Origin: Puniceicoccaceae bacterium
GTDB lineage: Bacteria; Verrucomicrobiota; Verrucomicrobiia; Opitutales; Oceanipulchritudinaceae
Length of the DNA stretch: 64,000 bases
Direction: 5' to 3'
Assembly: GCA_040830765.1 (NCBI GenBank)
Contig: JBFOMH010000004.1
Span: 1-64,000 of the forward strand
The translations under genes and the position numbers were made by a program. The notes below the pieces were generated by a model, which saw only the letters and a list, made by a program, of their open reading frames with translations, did no database searches and was not told the origin of the DNA. Every line of letters begins with the position of its first letter. Position 1 is the first letter of the stretch. This document shows positions 42,852-51,186 of this stretch, one piece after another.

Positions 42852-43964
42852 TTAGCCGCGTCCGGGAAGGATGGCCTTAACCCGTTCGCCGGGCTTGAGC
42901 AGGTTCTGGTCCTCAAGGACGACACGGTCGCCCGGCTCGATTCCCTCAAGGATTTCCGCCTTGTTCAGGCCGAGGTAACCCGGCTTGACGCGCCGGACCT
43001 CTACCTTTCCTCCGGATACGACATAGACAAGATTTCCGATCAGGGCCCGGCGGGGAATGAGGACGGCATCGGGACGCTCATCCTTGACCAGATAACCTTC
43101 ACCAGTAAGTCCGGGGACAAGAACGGAATCCGGGGCGTCAACCTTGACGAAGACATTACGCGTCTTGTTCTTGGCGTTGGCGACGTCCTCCATGCGGAGA
43201 ACCGTGCCGGAGAACGTGCGGTCAGGATAACTGGCCAGGCGCAGGGTAACCGGCATCTCATCCGCCACCCCAAAGTAGTCCTCCTCCGTCAATTCCATGA
43301 CTACGTAGCGGCCGTGGGCGACGAGCCGGAGCAAATTCTGGTTGGCATTGACGAGGTCTCCCTTCCAGGCGGTGATCTCAGCCACAATGCCTCCAAACGG
43401 GGCGTGCGTGGACATCTGCTCCCGTTGCAAAAGCAACTGTTCCAGTTGGTTCTGAAGCAGGCTGAGGTTCTCCGTTTCCTGGATCTCTTCCAGCTTCCAA
43501 AGAACTTCACGCTTACGGCGTTCCCGCTGAACATTCTCCAGCTTCGACAAGGGGGCTTGTTTCAAATCAACCGCCAGTTGGACACCTTTCAACTCCTCGT
43601 CGAGTGTCTCCAGATCAATCTTGTGGGTACTCTCGAGTCCGGACCGGGCCTCGGCAGCCTCAAGGCGGATACGAACCTGTTCAATCCGGAGATCCAGTTC
43701 CTCGGAATCCTGCAAGGCCAGCAAGTCCCCTTCCTCAACGACTTCGCCGGGCTTGATTGTGTTTTCCAGGAGCGTACCGCGGCTTTGGGCCTTCACCCGG
43801 ATGTCCATGTAGGCCAGGACTTCCACTGTTCCGGTGACGGCATTGACGGCCGTCCCGGTCTCCGCTTCCGCAACCGGTACCGAAACCGTCAGTTGTCGAT
43901 TAAAGAGGAAAACCGCAACCAGCAGGACGAATGCCGGAATTCCAAACTTGAGCCATGGCTTCAT
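42852..43964 (-). CDS. Efflux periplasmic adaptor (membrane fusion protein)
   Basis: N-terminal anchor, lipoyl halves (PGEVVEEGDLLA / APFGGIV) around a coiled coil, then IPRRAL and GIEPGDRVV. Confidence 0.9.
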   Translation of the reverse strand: MKPWLKFGIPAFVLLVAVFLFNRQLTVSVPVAEAETGTAVNAVTGTVEVLAYMDIRVKAQSRGTLLENTIKPGEVVEEGDLLALQDSEELDLRIEQVRIRLEAAEARSGLESTHKIDLETLDEELKGVQLAVDLKQAPLSKLENVQRERRKREVLWKLEEIQETENLSLLQNQLEQLLLQREQMSTHAPFGGIVAEITAWKGDLVNANQNLLRLVAHGRYVVMELTEEDYFGVADEMPVTLRLASYPDRTFSGTVLRMEDVANAKNKTRNVFVKVDAPDSVLVPGLTGEGYLVKDERPDAVLIPRRALIGNLVYVVSGGKVEVRRVKPGYLGLNKAEILEGIEPGDRVVLEDQNLLKPGERVKAILPGRG

Positions 43965-45337
43965 GATTCCATCCGGTAATACGATGCAGCGGGGTCCTCC
44001 CCAAGGAGGAGTCCCAGTTCCATCAGGTTCAAAAGGTAATTGACGCGTGCTTCCATTAGGCGTTGCCGCACCTCGAGGTAATCAATCTCGCCCTCGATAC
44101 GATCGACCCCGGTGATCTGGTTGCGGTCCGCCTGTTCACGGAGGAAGGTTACGCGGCGATCGAGAATGATTTCCCTCTTACTGCGGGCTTCTATCTGTTT
44201 CAGGTTTAACTGCAGATCGGCCAAAAGGGTTTCAATCCTTTGCCGGGTTTCGTCGCGGGCGGCCTCTTCCTGGAGGGCATAGGCCCGCTTGCGGGCCAGT
44301 GAACTGCGCTTCCAGCCATCCGTCTGCCAGCCGTCGAAGATATTCCAGTTAACCTGCAGCCCGGCATAATACTGGATGCGGAAGACAAAGTCCTCCTGGT
44401 TGATGCTATCGAGGTAATCGGAAAAGACGCCGGCGACGAGATCCACATTGGGACGATGGTTGCGATTCAGGATGGCCAGGTTTTCGCTTTCGATTTCCTC
44501 GAGAACAGAAAAGCGCTCCACCGAGGGATCGAACAAGGTCGTGCTGGTCCCGGTGGCGCGGGCCACCAGGCGGTCAAAGCTGGCCCCATCCATTGGCTCG
44601 ATAATCGTCAAGGCCACCGGCTCCAGGCTGTCCCTGCTGAAAGACGGCCCAACGAGACGACGCAGCTGGCTTTCCAGTTCGCTGGAACGCCGGACGACAT
44701 AGGCCAGCGACTCGTGGTTTTCCAGTAAGCGGGCCTCCATTTCCAGCACGTCCTGCTCCGAACTCTGGCCGGCCTCGACCAATTGACGGCGGGCAGAAAC
44801 AAAGGACTCATTGAGATTGATGGACTGCTCGAGAATACGCTGGCGCTCCTGCATCAGGAGCCACTCCAGGTAGGCCTGCCGGATGGCCATAAAATGACGG
44901 GCGCCCTGCCCGGTGGCCATTACCTCCTCAAGGGCAATACGGCTTTCCGCAACGACTTCCCGACGCTCCAGGTTTCCCCAGTGATAGAGCGGCTTCGACA
45001 CGGTCACCCGGGCATCAACATTGCCCCGGAAACGATTGTCGATGTCTTCGCGCATTTCATAGGCCCCGGCAAGGCGGCCGGCGGCCCGGACCTGGAAGTT
45101 GTTTTGTCCCTGCACCGCGGCAAGGTTTCCCTCCTGCTCCTCAAGGCGGAAATCGCTCAGCTGAAGCGTGGTCCCTTCCCGCGCTGCCGTTGCCATGAAG
45201 GAGGCCAGCTGCGGGAACATCTCCTCCGCAAAAACAATTTCCCCTCGCACGGATGACAGTGGCAAGAGCAGCGTTAACACGGCCAGGCAACGCACTGCCC
45301 GGCGATTTTTAGAACTTGGATTGCGGAACAAAACCAC
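43961..45337 (-). CDS. TolC-family outer membrane channel
   Basis: Signal peptide, PLYHWG and VNWNIFDG motifs, helical repeats; leads the MFP-ABC genes. Start is uncertain. Confidence 0.82.
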   Translation of the reverse strand: MVLFRNPSSKNRRAVRCLAVLTLLLPLSSVRGEIVFAEEMFPQLASFMATAAREGTTLQLSDFRLEEQEGNLAAVQGQNNFQVRAAGRLAGAYEMREDIDNRFRGNVDARVTVSKPLYHWGNLERREVVAESRIALEEVMATGQGARHFMAIRQAYLEWLLMQERQRILEQSINLNESFVSARRQLVEAGQSSEQDVLEMEARLLENHESLAYVVRRSSELESQLRRLVGPSFSRDSLEPVALTIIEPMDGASFDRLVARATGTSTTLFDPSVERFSVLEEIESENLAILNRNHRPNVDLVAGVFSDYLDSINQEDFVFRIQYYAGLQVNWNIFDGWQTDGWKRSSLARKRAYALQEEAARDETRQRIETLLADLQLNLKQIEARSKREIILDRRVTFLREQADRNQITGVDRIEGEIDYLEVRQRLMEARVNYLLNLMELGLLLGEDPAASYYRMES

Positions 45338-46553
45338 GATTGCGCTTTTTCTTTTTTGGTGTGCCCAGCTTGTCGAAGAGCGGGGACCAGTTGTAGGTGA
45401 AGGTTTCCAGCTTCATCTGGGGAATCGGCTGGGAAATGAATCGCTCGATGGCGCGCAGATAGTCGAGCTCCCCGGCGGTCAAGATTGTAACGGCATCGCC
45501 ACTACGCTGGGCCCGGCCCGTCCGGCCGATACGGTGGACATAATCCTCCGGGTGCAGGGGAATGTCATAATTAATGACATGGCTGACCCCGCTGACATCA
45601 ATCCCCCGGGCGACAATATCGGTCGCCACGAGGATTTCGATCTTGCCGGACTTGAAGTCCGCCAGGGAAGCGTCCCGCTCCTTCTGTTTACGATCGGAAT
45701 GCAGCACCCCGATGGGGCCATGGTTGGTCTCGTTGAGCCAGCGGGAAATGGTGTCCGCACCAACCTTGGTCCGGGTAAAGATGAGGACACTGTGGTATTC
45801 CAGCTTTTCCAGGAGGGCGACCAGCAAGTCGAACTTCTGCCGGTCGTCGACTGGATAAATGGTGTGGTTGATGGTCTCGGCCGGCATGCGCCCGCCGCCA
45901 ATCTTGATCTGTACCGGATCCCGGAGCATCGACTTGCTGAGGCGTTCGATCTCCGGCGGAATAGTAGCCGAAAAGAGCAGGCTCTGTCGCTTCTTGGGAC
46001 ACAGGGCCACGATGCGGCGGACATCGGGCATGAAACCCATGTCGAGCATGCGGTCAGCCTCATCGAGGATAAGCACCTCCACCCCTTTCAGGGTGAGGGT
46101 CTTCTGGCCTATATGGTCCAGCAACCGGCCCGGTGTAGCGACAACGATATCAACCCCGTTTTTCAAGGCTTCGCGTTGTTTGCCGTAGCCGACACCGCCG
46201 TGCAGGAGGACCGACTTCAAGGGACGGTACTTGCCGTAAAGTTCAAGTTGCTCGATGACCTGCTGCGCCAATTCCCGGGTAGGCTCGACAATGAGAACCC
46301 TTGGTGTCTTGCGGTTGCCCTCAAGACGGGAAATCAGCGGGAGTGAAAAAGCCGCGGTCTTTCCGGTTCCGGTCTGCGACCCGCCGATCAGGTCCTTGCC
46401 TTCCAGGAGCATCGGGATGGCCTCAGCCTGGATGGGGGTTGGCTTCTCATAGCCTTTTTCCTCGAGGGCCTTCAAGACATCCGGGTGCAGGCCCAATTCT
46501 TCAAAGGAGGGCAGCTCAATCGCAACCGCTTCCGATTCGTGTAATTCTTCCAT
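45309..46553 (-). CDS. DEAD-box RNA helicase (RhlE-like)
   Basis: Q motif PTPIQ, QTGTGKT, PTRELA, TPGRLLD, DEAD, SAT, ARGID and HRIGRTGR. Confidence 0.96.
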   Translation of the reverse strand: MEELHESEAVAIELPSFEELGLHPDVLKALEEKGYEKPTPIQAEAIPMLLEGKDLIGGSQTGTGKTAAFSLPLISRLEGNRKTPRVLIVEPTRELAQQVIEQLELYGKYRPLKSVLLHGGVGYGKQREALKNGVDIVVATPGRLLDHIGQKTLTLKGVEVLILDEADRMLDMGFMPDVRRIVALCPKKRQSLLFSATIPPEIERLSKSMLRDPVQIKIGGGRMPAETINHTIYPVDDRQKFDLLVALLEKLEYHSVLIFTRTKVGADTISRWLNETNHGPIGVLHSDRKQKERDASLADFKSGKIEILVATDIVARGIDVSGVSHVINYDIPLHPEDYVHRIGRTGRAQRSGDAVTILTAGELDYLRAIERFISQPIPQMKLETFTYNWSPLFDKLGTPKKKKRNRGFVPQSKF

Positions 46554-46599
46554 AATATTCGTGTGTTGGCTTTCATCTACCGGGACATCCGGGAGCCGC

Positions 46600-46671
46600 T
46601 AACCACGAACCTACAGGGATACCCTTGTGCAAATCCCGCTTAAAAAGGGCATTCGTGTCCATTCGTGGTTA
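46600..46671. repeat. 72-nt imperfect inverted repeat (REP/MITE-like hairpin)
   Basis: The left arm taaccacgaacctacagggat matches the reverse complement of attcgtgtccattcgtggtta at 16/21. Pairing extends inward through ccctt/aaggg. Confidence 0.65.
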
Positions 46672-46758
46672 ACGATTGAAAGTCCGGGCATTATCACGCA
46701 AGTTTCCCTCGATTCAAGAACGAATGCGGATTTCGTGGAATCATGGGAAATGGGAGAA

Positions 46759-47610
46759 ATGCCAAGGGAAACGGATAAATCAGCACAATCGGGACGATAT
46801 CGCGGCCGGATCGCCCCCACACCCTCCGGCTGGCTGCATCCCGGGCACGCCTCGACCTTCCGTACCGCCTGGAAACGGGCCCGCGAGGCGGGAGGAACCC
46901 TTGTTTACCGGCTCGAGGACATCGATCCGGCACGCAACCGGGACGAGTATATCAAGGGAGCGGTGGAGGACTTGCAGTGGTGCGGACTCGACTGGGATGA
47001 GGGCCCGGACTGCGGGGGAGCCCATGGTCCCTACGAGCAGAGCCGCCGCAAAGCCCTCTATCAGTCCGCGTTTGCCAAACTGCGGGACCTTGGCCGGATT
47101 TATCCCTCCCCCCACTCGCGCAAGGATATCCGGGCAGCCAACCCCGTCCCATCGCCGATCGACGGGGACCCTATATTTCCTCCCGCGATGCGCCCCCCCA
47201 ACACGGCCGTTCGCAGCCAGACTCCGGAAACGGGGGTCAATTGGCGCTTCCGGGTCCCGGACGGGCGCATCATTCGCTTTATCGACAACCGGCTGGGTGA
47301 ACAGGCCTTCATGGCCGGTAGGGACTTCGGGGATTTTATCATCTGGAAGCGCGACAACTGGCCGGCCTATGAACTGGCGGTGGTGGTGGACGACGAGGCC
47401 ATGAGAATAACCGAGGTTGTCCGCGGGGAAGACCTGCTGGTCTCAACGGCCCGCCAGCTGCTCCTCTACGAAGCCTTTGGCTGGAGCGCGCCGGAATGGT
47501 ACCATTGTGAACTGGTCATCGATCCCTCGACGGGCCACCGCATGTCGAAGACCAACAAGTCCATCAGCCTCCGGGCCCTGCGGGCAGCCGGGGAAAAGGC
47601 GCCTGTCTAG
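46759..47610 (+). CDS. gluQ: tRNA glutamyl-Q(34) synthetase GluQRS
   Basis: YRGRIAPTPSGWLHPGH, RLEDID, GLDWDEG, GDFII, YELAVVVDD, VRGEDL and RMSK. No anticodon-binding domain. Confidence 0.9.
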   Translation: MPRETDKSAQSGRYRGRIAPTPSGWLHPGHASTFRTAWKRAREAGGTLVYRLEDIDPARNRDEYIKGAVEDLQWCGLDWDEGPDCGGAHGPYEQSRRKALYQSAFAKLRDLGRIYPSPHSRKDIRAANPVPSPIDGDPIFPPAMRPPNTAVRSQTPETGVNWRFRVPDGRIIRFIDNRLGEQAFMAGRDFGDFIIWKRDNWPAYELAVVVDDEAMRITEVVRGEDLLVSTARQLLLYEAFGWSAPEWYHCELVIDPSTGHRMSKTNKSISLRALRAAGEKAPV

Positions 47611-48486
47611 TCAGGTGCCTGCGCGGTCGATCCGGTTGCGCAGGGTCTCGGCGCTTTTCTCCATTTCCATCTCCTCGAGGATGGCACAGGCGCGCTGGTG
47701 ATCCGGCTCGGCATGGGCATCCAGGTCCACCGCAATGGTGTGGTCCAGCCGTGTCATCTCCAGGTTCCGGCGCAACTCATCGGCCTCGGCATAGACCATG
47801 CCCTGGAATCGCTTCGGATTAAGCTCACCGGAATGGTTGATGATTTCCTCGAGGTTCCCGTACTGGACAAGCCACTTGGAGGCGGTCTTGGGCCCACATC
47901 CCTTGAGTCCGGGAATATTGTCCGAAGTGTCCCCGACGAGGGCCAGATAATCGGCGATCTGGCTTGGCTTGACCCCGAATTTTTCAACCACGCCATTTGG
48001 ATCCAGCTCCCGCCAGCCAAGGCGCGGGTTGGCGGTCGGCGGCGGGACCAGTTGGTGCACGCCATCCGTGACCAGCTGGGCCAGGTCCTTGTCAGCACTG
48101 ATGATGACAACGGAATGTCCCTGCCGTGAAAGCTCATGGCTGTAGGCGGCGATAAGGTCATCCGCTTCAATGCCATTCTCTTCGACACCGGCATAGCCGG
48201 CTGCGCGCGTCCAATCCTTGATAACCGGGACCTGCTTTTCCAGTTCCTCCGGGGTCTCCCCCCGGTTGGCCTTGTAATCCTCCCGGATGGCCAACTGGCG
48301 GCTGGCTCCCCCGAGATCGAAAAAGACATAAATGGCGTCGGCCTCAACGTTGTCTTCAATCCACCAGAGGGTCCGGACCCAGCCGTGGATGGCCCCGGTC
48401 GGAAAGCCATCTTCCCGGGTCAGGTCAGGCATTCCATAAAAGGCCCGGAAGGCCATGTTAAATCCGTCTACAAGGGCAATCTTCAT
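47611..48486 (-). CDS. Standalone 5'-3' exonuclease/flap endonuclease (PolA N-terminal-like)
   Basis: VDGFNMAFRAFY, YKANR, EADD, SADKDLAQL and LVGDTSDNIPGLKGCGPKTA. Stops after 291 aa with no polymerase domain. Confidence 0.92.
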   Translation of the reverse strand: MKIALVDGFNMAFRAFYGMPDLTREDGFPTGAIHGWVRTLWWIEDNVEADAIYVFFDLGGASRQLAIREDYKANRGETPEELEKQVPVIKDWTRAAGYAGVEENGIEADDLIAAYSHELSRQGHSVVIISADKDLAQLVTDGVHQLVPPPTANPRLGWRELDPNGVVEKFGVKPSQIADYLALVGDTSDNIPGLKGCGPKTASKWLVQYGNLEEIINHSGELNPKRFQGMVYAEADELRRNLEMTRLDHTIAVDLDAHAEPDHQRACAILEEMEMEKSAETLRNRIDRAGT

Positions 48487-48503
48487 CGGTAAAAGGAAAG
48501 GGG

Positions 48504-49385
48504 TTAGAGCCGGCAGGTCCGGATGTCCTGGGCGATGATGCCCTTGCCGCCCAATTCGCTCAGTTCGTCGATGATCCTGTTCAAACCGGCCGACTTGACC
48601 ATGGCGGCAACCGCCATCCAGCCCTCTTCGCTGACCGGGGAAACGGTCGGACTCTTGACCCCCGGGGTGATGCGGCAGGCTGCCTCCAGCGCGTCGCTGG
48701 GAATAACATACTCCAGCAGGACATATTCCCGCGCTACAAGAATGCCCTCGAGACGCTTGATGAGGAGGTCCAGTCCCGCGACCGCCTCTGTCTCCTGGCG
48801 CTGGATGAGGATTGCTTCCGAACGGAGAACTGGTTCCCCGATAATCTCCAGTCCGGCCTCCACCAGCGTTCTTCCGGATTCAACGACATCCGCGATGGCA
48901 TCGGCAACACCCAGCTGGATGGAAATTTCCACCGCCCCGTCCAGGCGAACGGTCTTGGCTTCAATGCCCCTTTCCTGGAGATCCGCCCGGACAATGTTCG
49001 GATAGCTGGTGGCAATCCGCATTCCCGCGAGGCCGGAAGGATCCAGCCCCTGGTCCTTTGGCGCGGCATAGCAAAAGCGGGACTTACCGAAATTCAGGGC
49101 CATGCATTCCGTCACCGGTGCCTTCGAGTCCACAGCGAGGTCCCGTCCGGTAATGCCGGCATGAATGAGGCCGGACCCGACGTAGACAGCAATGTCACGC
49201 GGCCTCAAGAAGATGAACTCCACCTCGTGCTCCGCATCGCGGACAACCAGTTCGCGACTGTGACGGCGACAGGCATACCCAGCCTCACTTAATATCTTCA
49301 CGGCCCCCTCGGAAAGGGCCCCCTTGTTTGGAATAGCCAGTTTCAACATTTCCATATCCCTCCCCTTAAAGGTATCGGTAGACAT
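48504..49385 (-). CDS. hisG: ATP phosphoribosyltransferase (long form)
   Basis: [34 protein letters not shown]...[14 protein letters not shown] and a C-terminal regulatory domain. Confidence 0.96.
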   Translation of the reverse strand: MSTDTFKGRDMEMLKLAIPNKGALSEGAVKILSEAGYACRRHSRELVVRDAEHEVEFIFLRPRDIAVYVGSGLIHAGITGRDLAVDSKAPVTECMALNFGKSRFCYAAPKDQGLDPSGLAGMRIATSYPNIVRADLQERGIEAKTVRLDGAVEISIQLGVADAIADVVESGRTLVEAGLEIIGEPVLRSEAILIQRQETEAVAGLDLLIKRLEGILVAREYVLLEYVIPSDALEAACRITPGVKSPTVSPVSEEGWMAVAAMVKSAGLNRIIDELSELGGKGIIAQDIRTCRL

Positions 49386-49629
49386 CCTCCAGTTTCAATT
49401 CGTTGGCCAGCATCATGACCTGGGCGTAGTACAGGAGCTGGGAGATTTCCTCAGCCGCCTCTTCCTTGCTCTCATAACGCGAGGCCATCCACACTTCCCC
49501 GGCCTCCTCGATCAGCTTTTTGCCAATGGCATGCTTGCCCCGCGCCAGGAGCTTGACCGTCCCGGATTCCGGGTCGCCGCGTTCCGCCTTTTCTGACAAC
49601 TCAGCGAATAAACTTTCAAAATCTTTCAT
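49366..49629 (-). CDS. hisE: Phosphoribosyl-ATP diphosphatase (monofunctional)
   Basis: [14 protein letters not shown]...EEISQLLY; directly upstream of and overlapping hisG. Confidence 0.94.
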   Translation of the reverse strand: MKDFESLFAELSEKAERGDPESGTVKLLARGKHAIGKKLIEEAGEVWMASRYESKEEAAEEISQLLYYAQVMMLANELKLEDVYRYL

Positions 49630-49683
49630 GAACCGACCAACAAAACGCCTCCTGCCCTTTCCCACAATGGCAAATTTTCCTCT

Positions 49684-49710
49684 TTGACATGATTTTTACA
49701 TTTGTAAAAC
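49684..49710 (+). promoter_or_regulatory. Candidate sigma70 promoter (TTGACA) overlapped by the perfect palindrome TTTTACA-TT-TGTAAAA
   Basis: TTGACA at 49684-49689 and palindrome at 49694-49709. The SD-like AGGAGA lies just upstream of the ATG at 49751. Confidence 0.55.
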
Positions 49711-49750
49711 CTGCACATATCCCTCAACCTTGGGACAGGAGAATTAGAAC

Positions 49751-50518
49751 ATGGCGAAACCAAAACCACTCATACTGATCGTCGAGGACGATCCTGAACT
49801 TGCCCAGTTGATTTCCGACCAGCTGGAATCGGCAGGAATGCTGACCCAGGTCCATCACCGGGCCGCCAACGTTACCCGCTACCTGCAGAACAACTTTGCC
49901 AACCTGATGTTGCTGGACGTCAACCTTCCGGACCAGTCGGGATTTGCCCTAGTTGACACCCTCAAGCAGGAGGACATCGACCTTCCGGTCATCTTCCTGA
50001 CGGGTAACGACAGCGAAACGGACCGCGTCAAGGGCCTGGAAATGGGCGGAGACGACTACATTACCAAGCCCTTCAGCTTCAGTGAGCTGGTGGCCCGGAT
50101 CAATGCCGTCCTGCGCCGCGCGGAGACCTCCAAGGATGACAAGGTGACCAAGAACGCCAGTGTCTCGGAGGAACCCTTTGAGTTCCAGGGGGCGATGGTG
50201 AATCCGGAACGGATGGAAATCGGCTTCCCGGATGGGGAGTCGGTCAAGATTGGGCGCAAGGAACTGGGCATCCTGTCCTTCCTCAATTCCAATCCGAACA
50301 CGGTCATCACCCGCCGGACCCTCATCCACGGCGTCTGGGGCATCCATGCCGACGTCCGCAGCCGCAGTCTTGACCAGTACATCGTCAAGGTCCGGGGCCT
50401 CTACCAGAAGCACGGACTCAACCTGGATGCGTTCAAGACCATCCATGGTGTGGGCTACATCTACAACACCGAGGGGGAGGCGGATGAAGCCGAGTCCACG
50501 GAGAGCCCGGTAGAGTAG
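49751..50518 (+). CDS. OmpR/PhoB-family DNA-binding response regulator
   Basis: Receiver domain with VEDD, phosphoacceptor LLDVNLP, FLTG and YITKPF. Winged-helix output with HGVWG, RSLDQYI and TIHGVGY. Confidence 0.94.
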   Translation: MAKPKPLILIVEDDPELAQLISDQLESAGMLTQVHHRAANVTRYLQNNFANLMLLDVNLPDQSGFALVDTLKQEDIDLPVIFLTGNDSETDRVKGLEMGGDDYITKPFSFSELVARINAVLRRAETSKDDKVTKNASVSEEPFEFQGAMVNPERMEIGFPDGESVKIGRKELGILSFLNSNPNTVITRRTLIHGVWGIHADVRSRSLDQYIVKVRGLYQKHGLNLDAFKTIHGVGYIYNTEGEADEAESTESPVE

Positions 50519-50529
50519 GCTCCCTGCCC

Positions 50530-51186
50530 ATGGAACTGGAACCGAAAACGATCCGGGTCCTTGGAGCCCTGATGGAGAAGGCCCGTACAACCCCGGAAAG
50601 CTACCCCCTTACCCTCAACGCGCTGGTCCATGCCTGTAACCAGAAGACCAGCCGGGACCCCGTGACGGACTATGACGAGGACGAGGTACTGGACGCGCTG
50701 GACGCGCTGCGGGAAATGGGATTCGTCATGCGGGTCGATCTGGCCGGCTCACGAACCGCCAAATTCCGGGAGAACCTGAGTACCCAATGGGACCTGAGTG
50801 CTGAAGAATATGCCCTCCTGGCCACCCTCTTCCTGCGGGGTGCACAGACCCCCGGGCAGCTCCGCCAGCGTTCCGACCGCATGCACCCGTTTGCTGACTT
50901 GCAGCAGGTGAATGATTGTCTGCACCAGATGCAGGAACGGGAGGAAGAGCCGCATTGCCTCGTCCGGTCGCTGGAACGCGCCGCCGGGACCAAGGAGATC
51001 CGCTGGGAACACACCTTTTTACCGGAATCCGCCCCGGCAGCTGGGATTGTTGAAGAGGAGGAGCAGAAACTTCCACCCCCGCAAAACCAGCAACCCAGCC
51101 GGATTGACCAGCTGGAGGAAAGACTGGCGGCATTTGAAAACCGCCTCAAGGCCATCGAGGAGCTGCTCCATGAGCTCAACGACTGA
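50530..51186 (+). CDS. yceH: YceH family protein (DUF480)
   Basis: RVLGALMEKARTTPESYPLTLNALVHACNQKTSRDPV and LRGAQTPGQLRQRSDRMHPF, plus a C-terminal coiled coil. Confidence 0.9.
   Translation: MELEPKTIRVLGALMEKARTTPESYPLTLNALVHACNQKTSRDPVTDYDEDEVLDALDALREMGFVMRVDLAGSRTAKFRENLSTQWDLSAEEYALLATLFLRGAQTPGQLRQRSDRMHPFADLQQVNDCLHQMQEREEEPHCLVRSLERAAGTKEIRWEHTFLPESAPAAGIVEEEEQKLPPPQNQQPSRIDQLEERLAAFENRLKAIEELLHELND

Noticed and set aside
42069..43979. 636-aa plus-strand ORF
   Set aside because: Antisense shadow of the MFP and permease genes with no recognisable motifs; expected in GC-rich coding DNA.
40902..45337. TolC-MFP-ABC cluster as a toxin or RiPP secretion system
   Set aside because: No precursor peptide, peptidase domain or cargo gene is nearby; it looks like an ordinary MacAB-TolC-type exporter.
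50912..51169. N-terminal extension of the Ogt-kinase ORF in the track (526 aa)
   Set aside because: Overlaps yceH out of frame and reads as low-complexity Arg/Ser-rich sequence; ATG 51170 is the plausible start.
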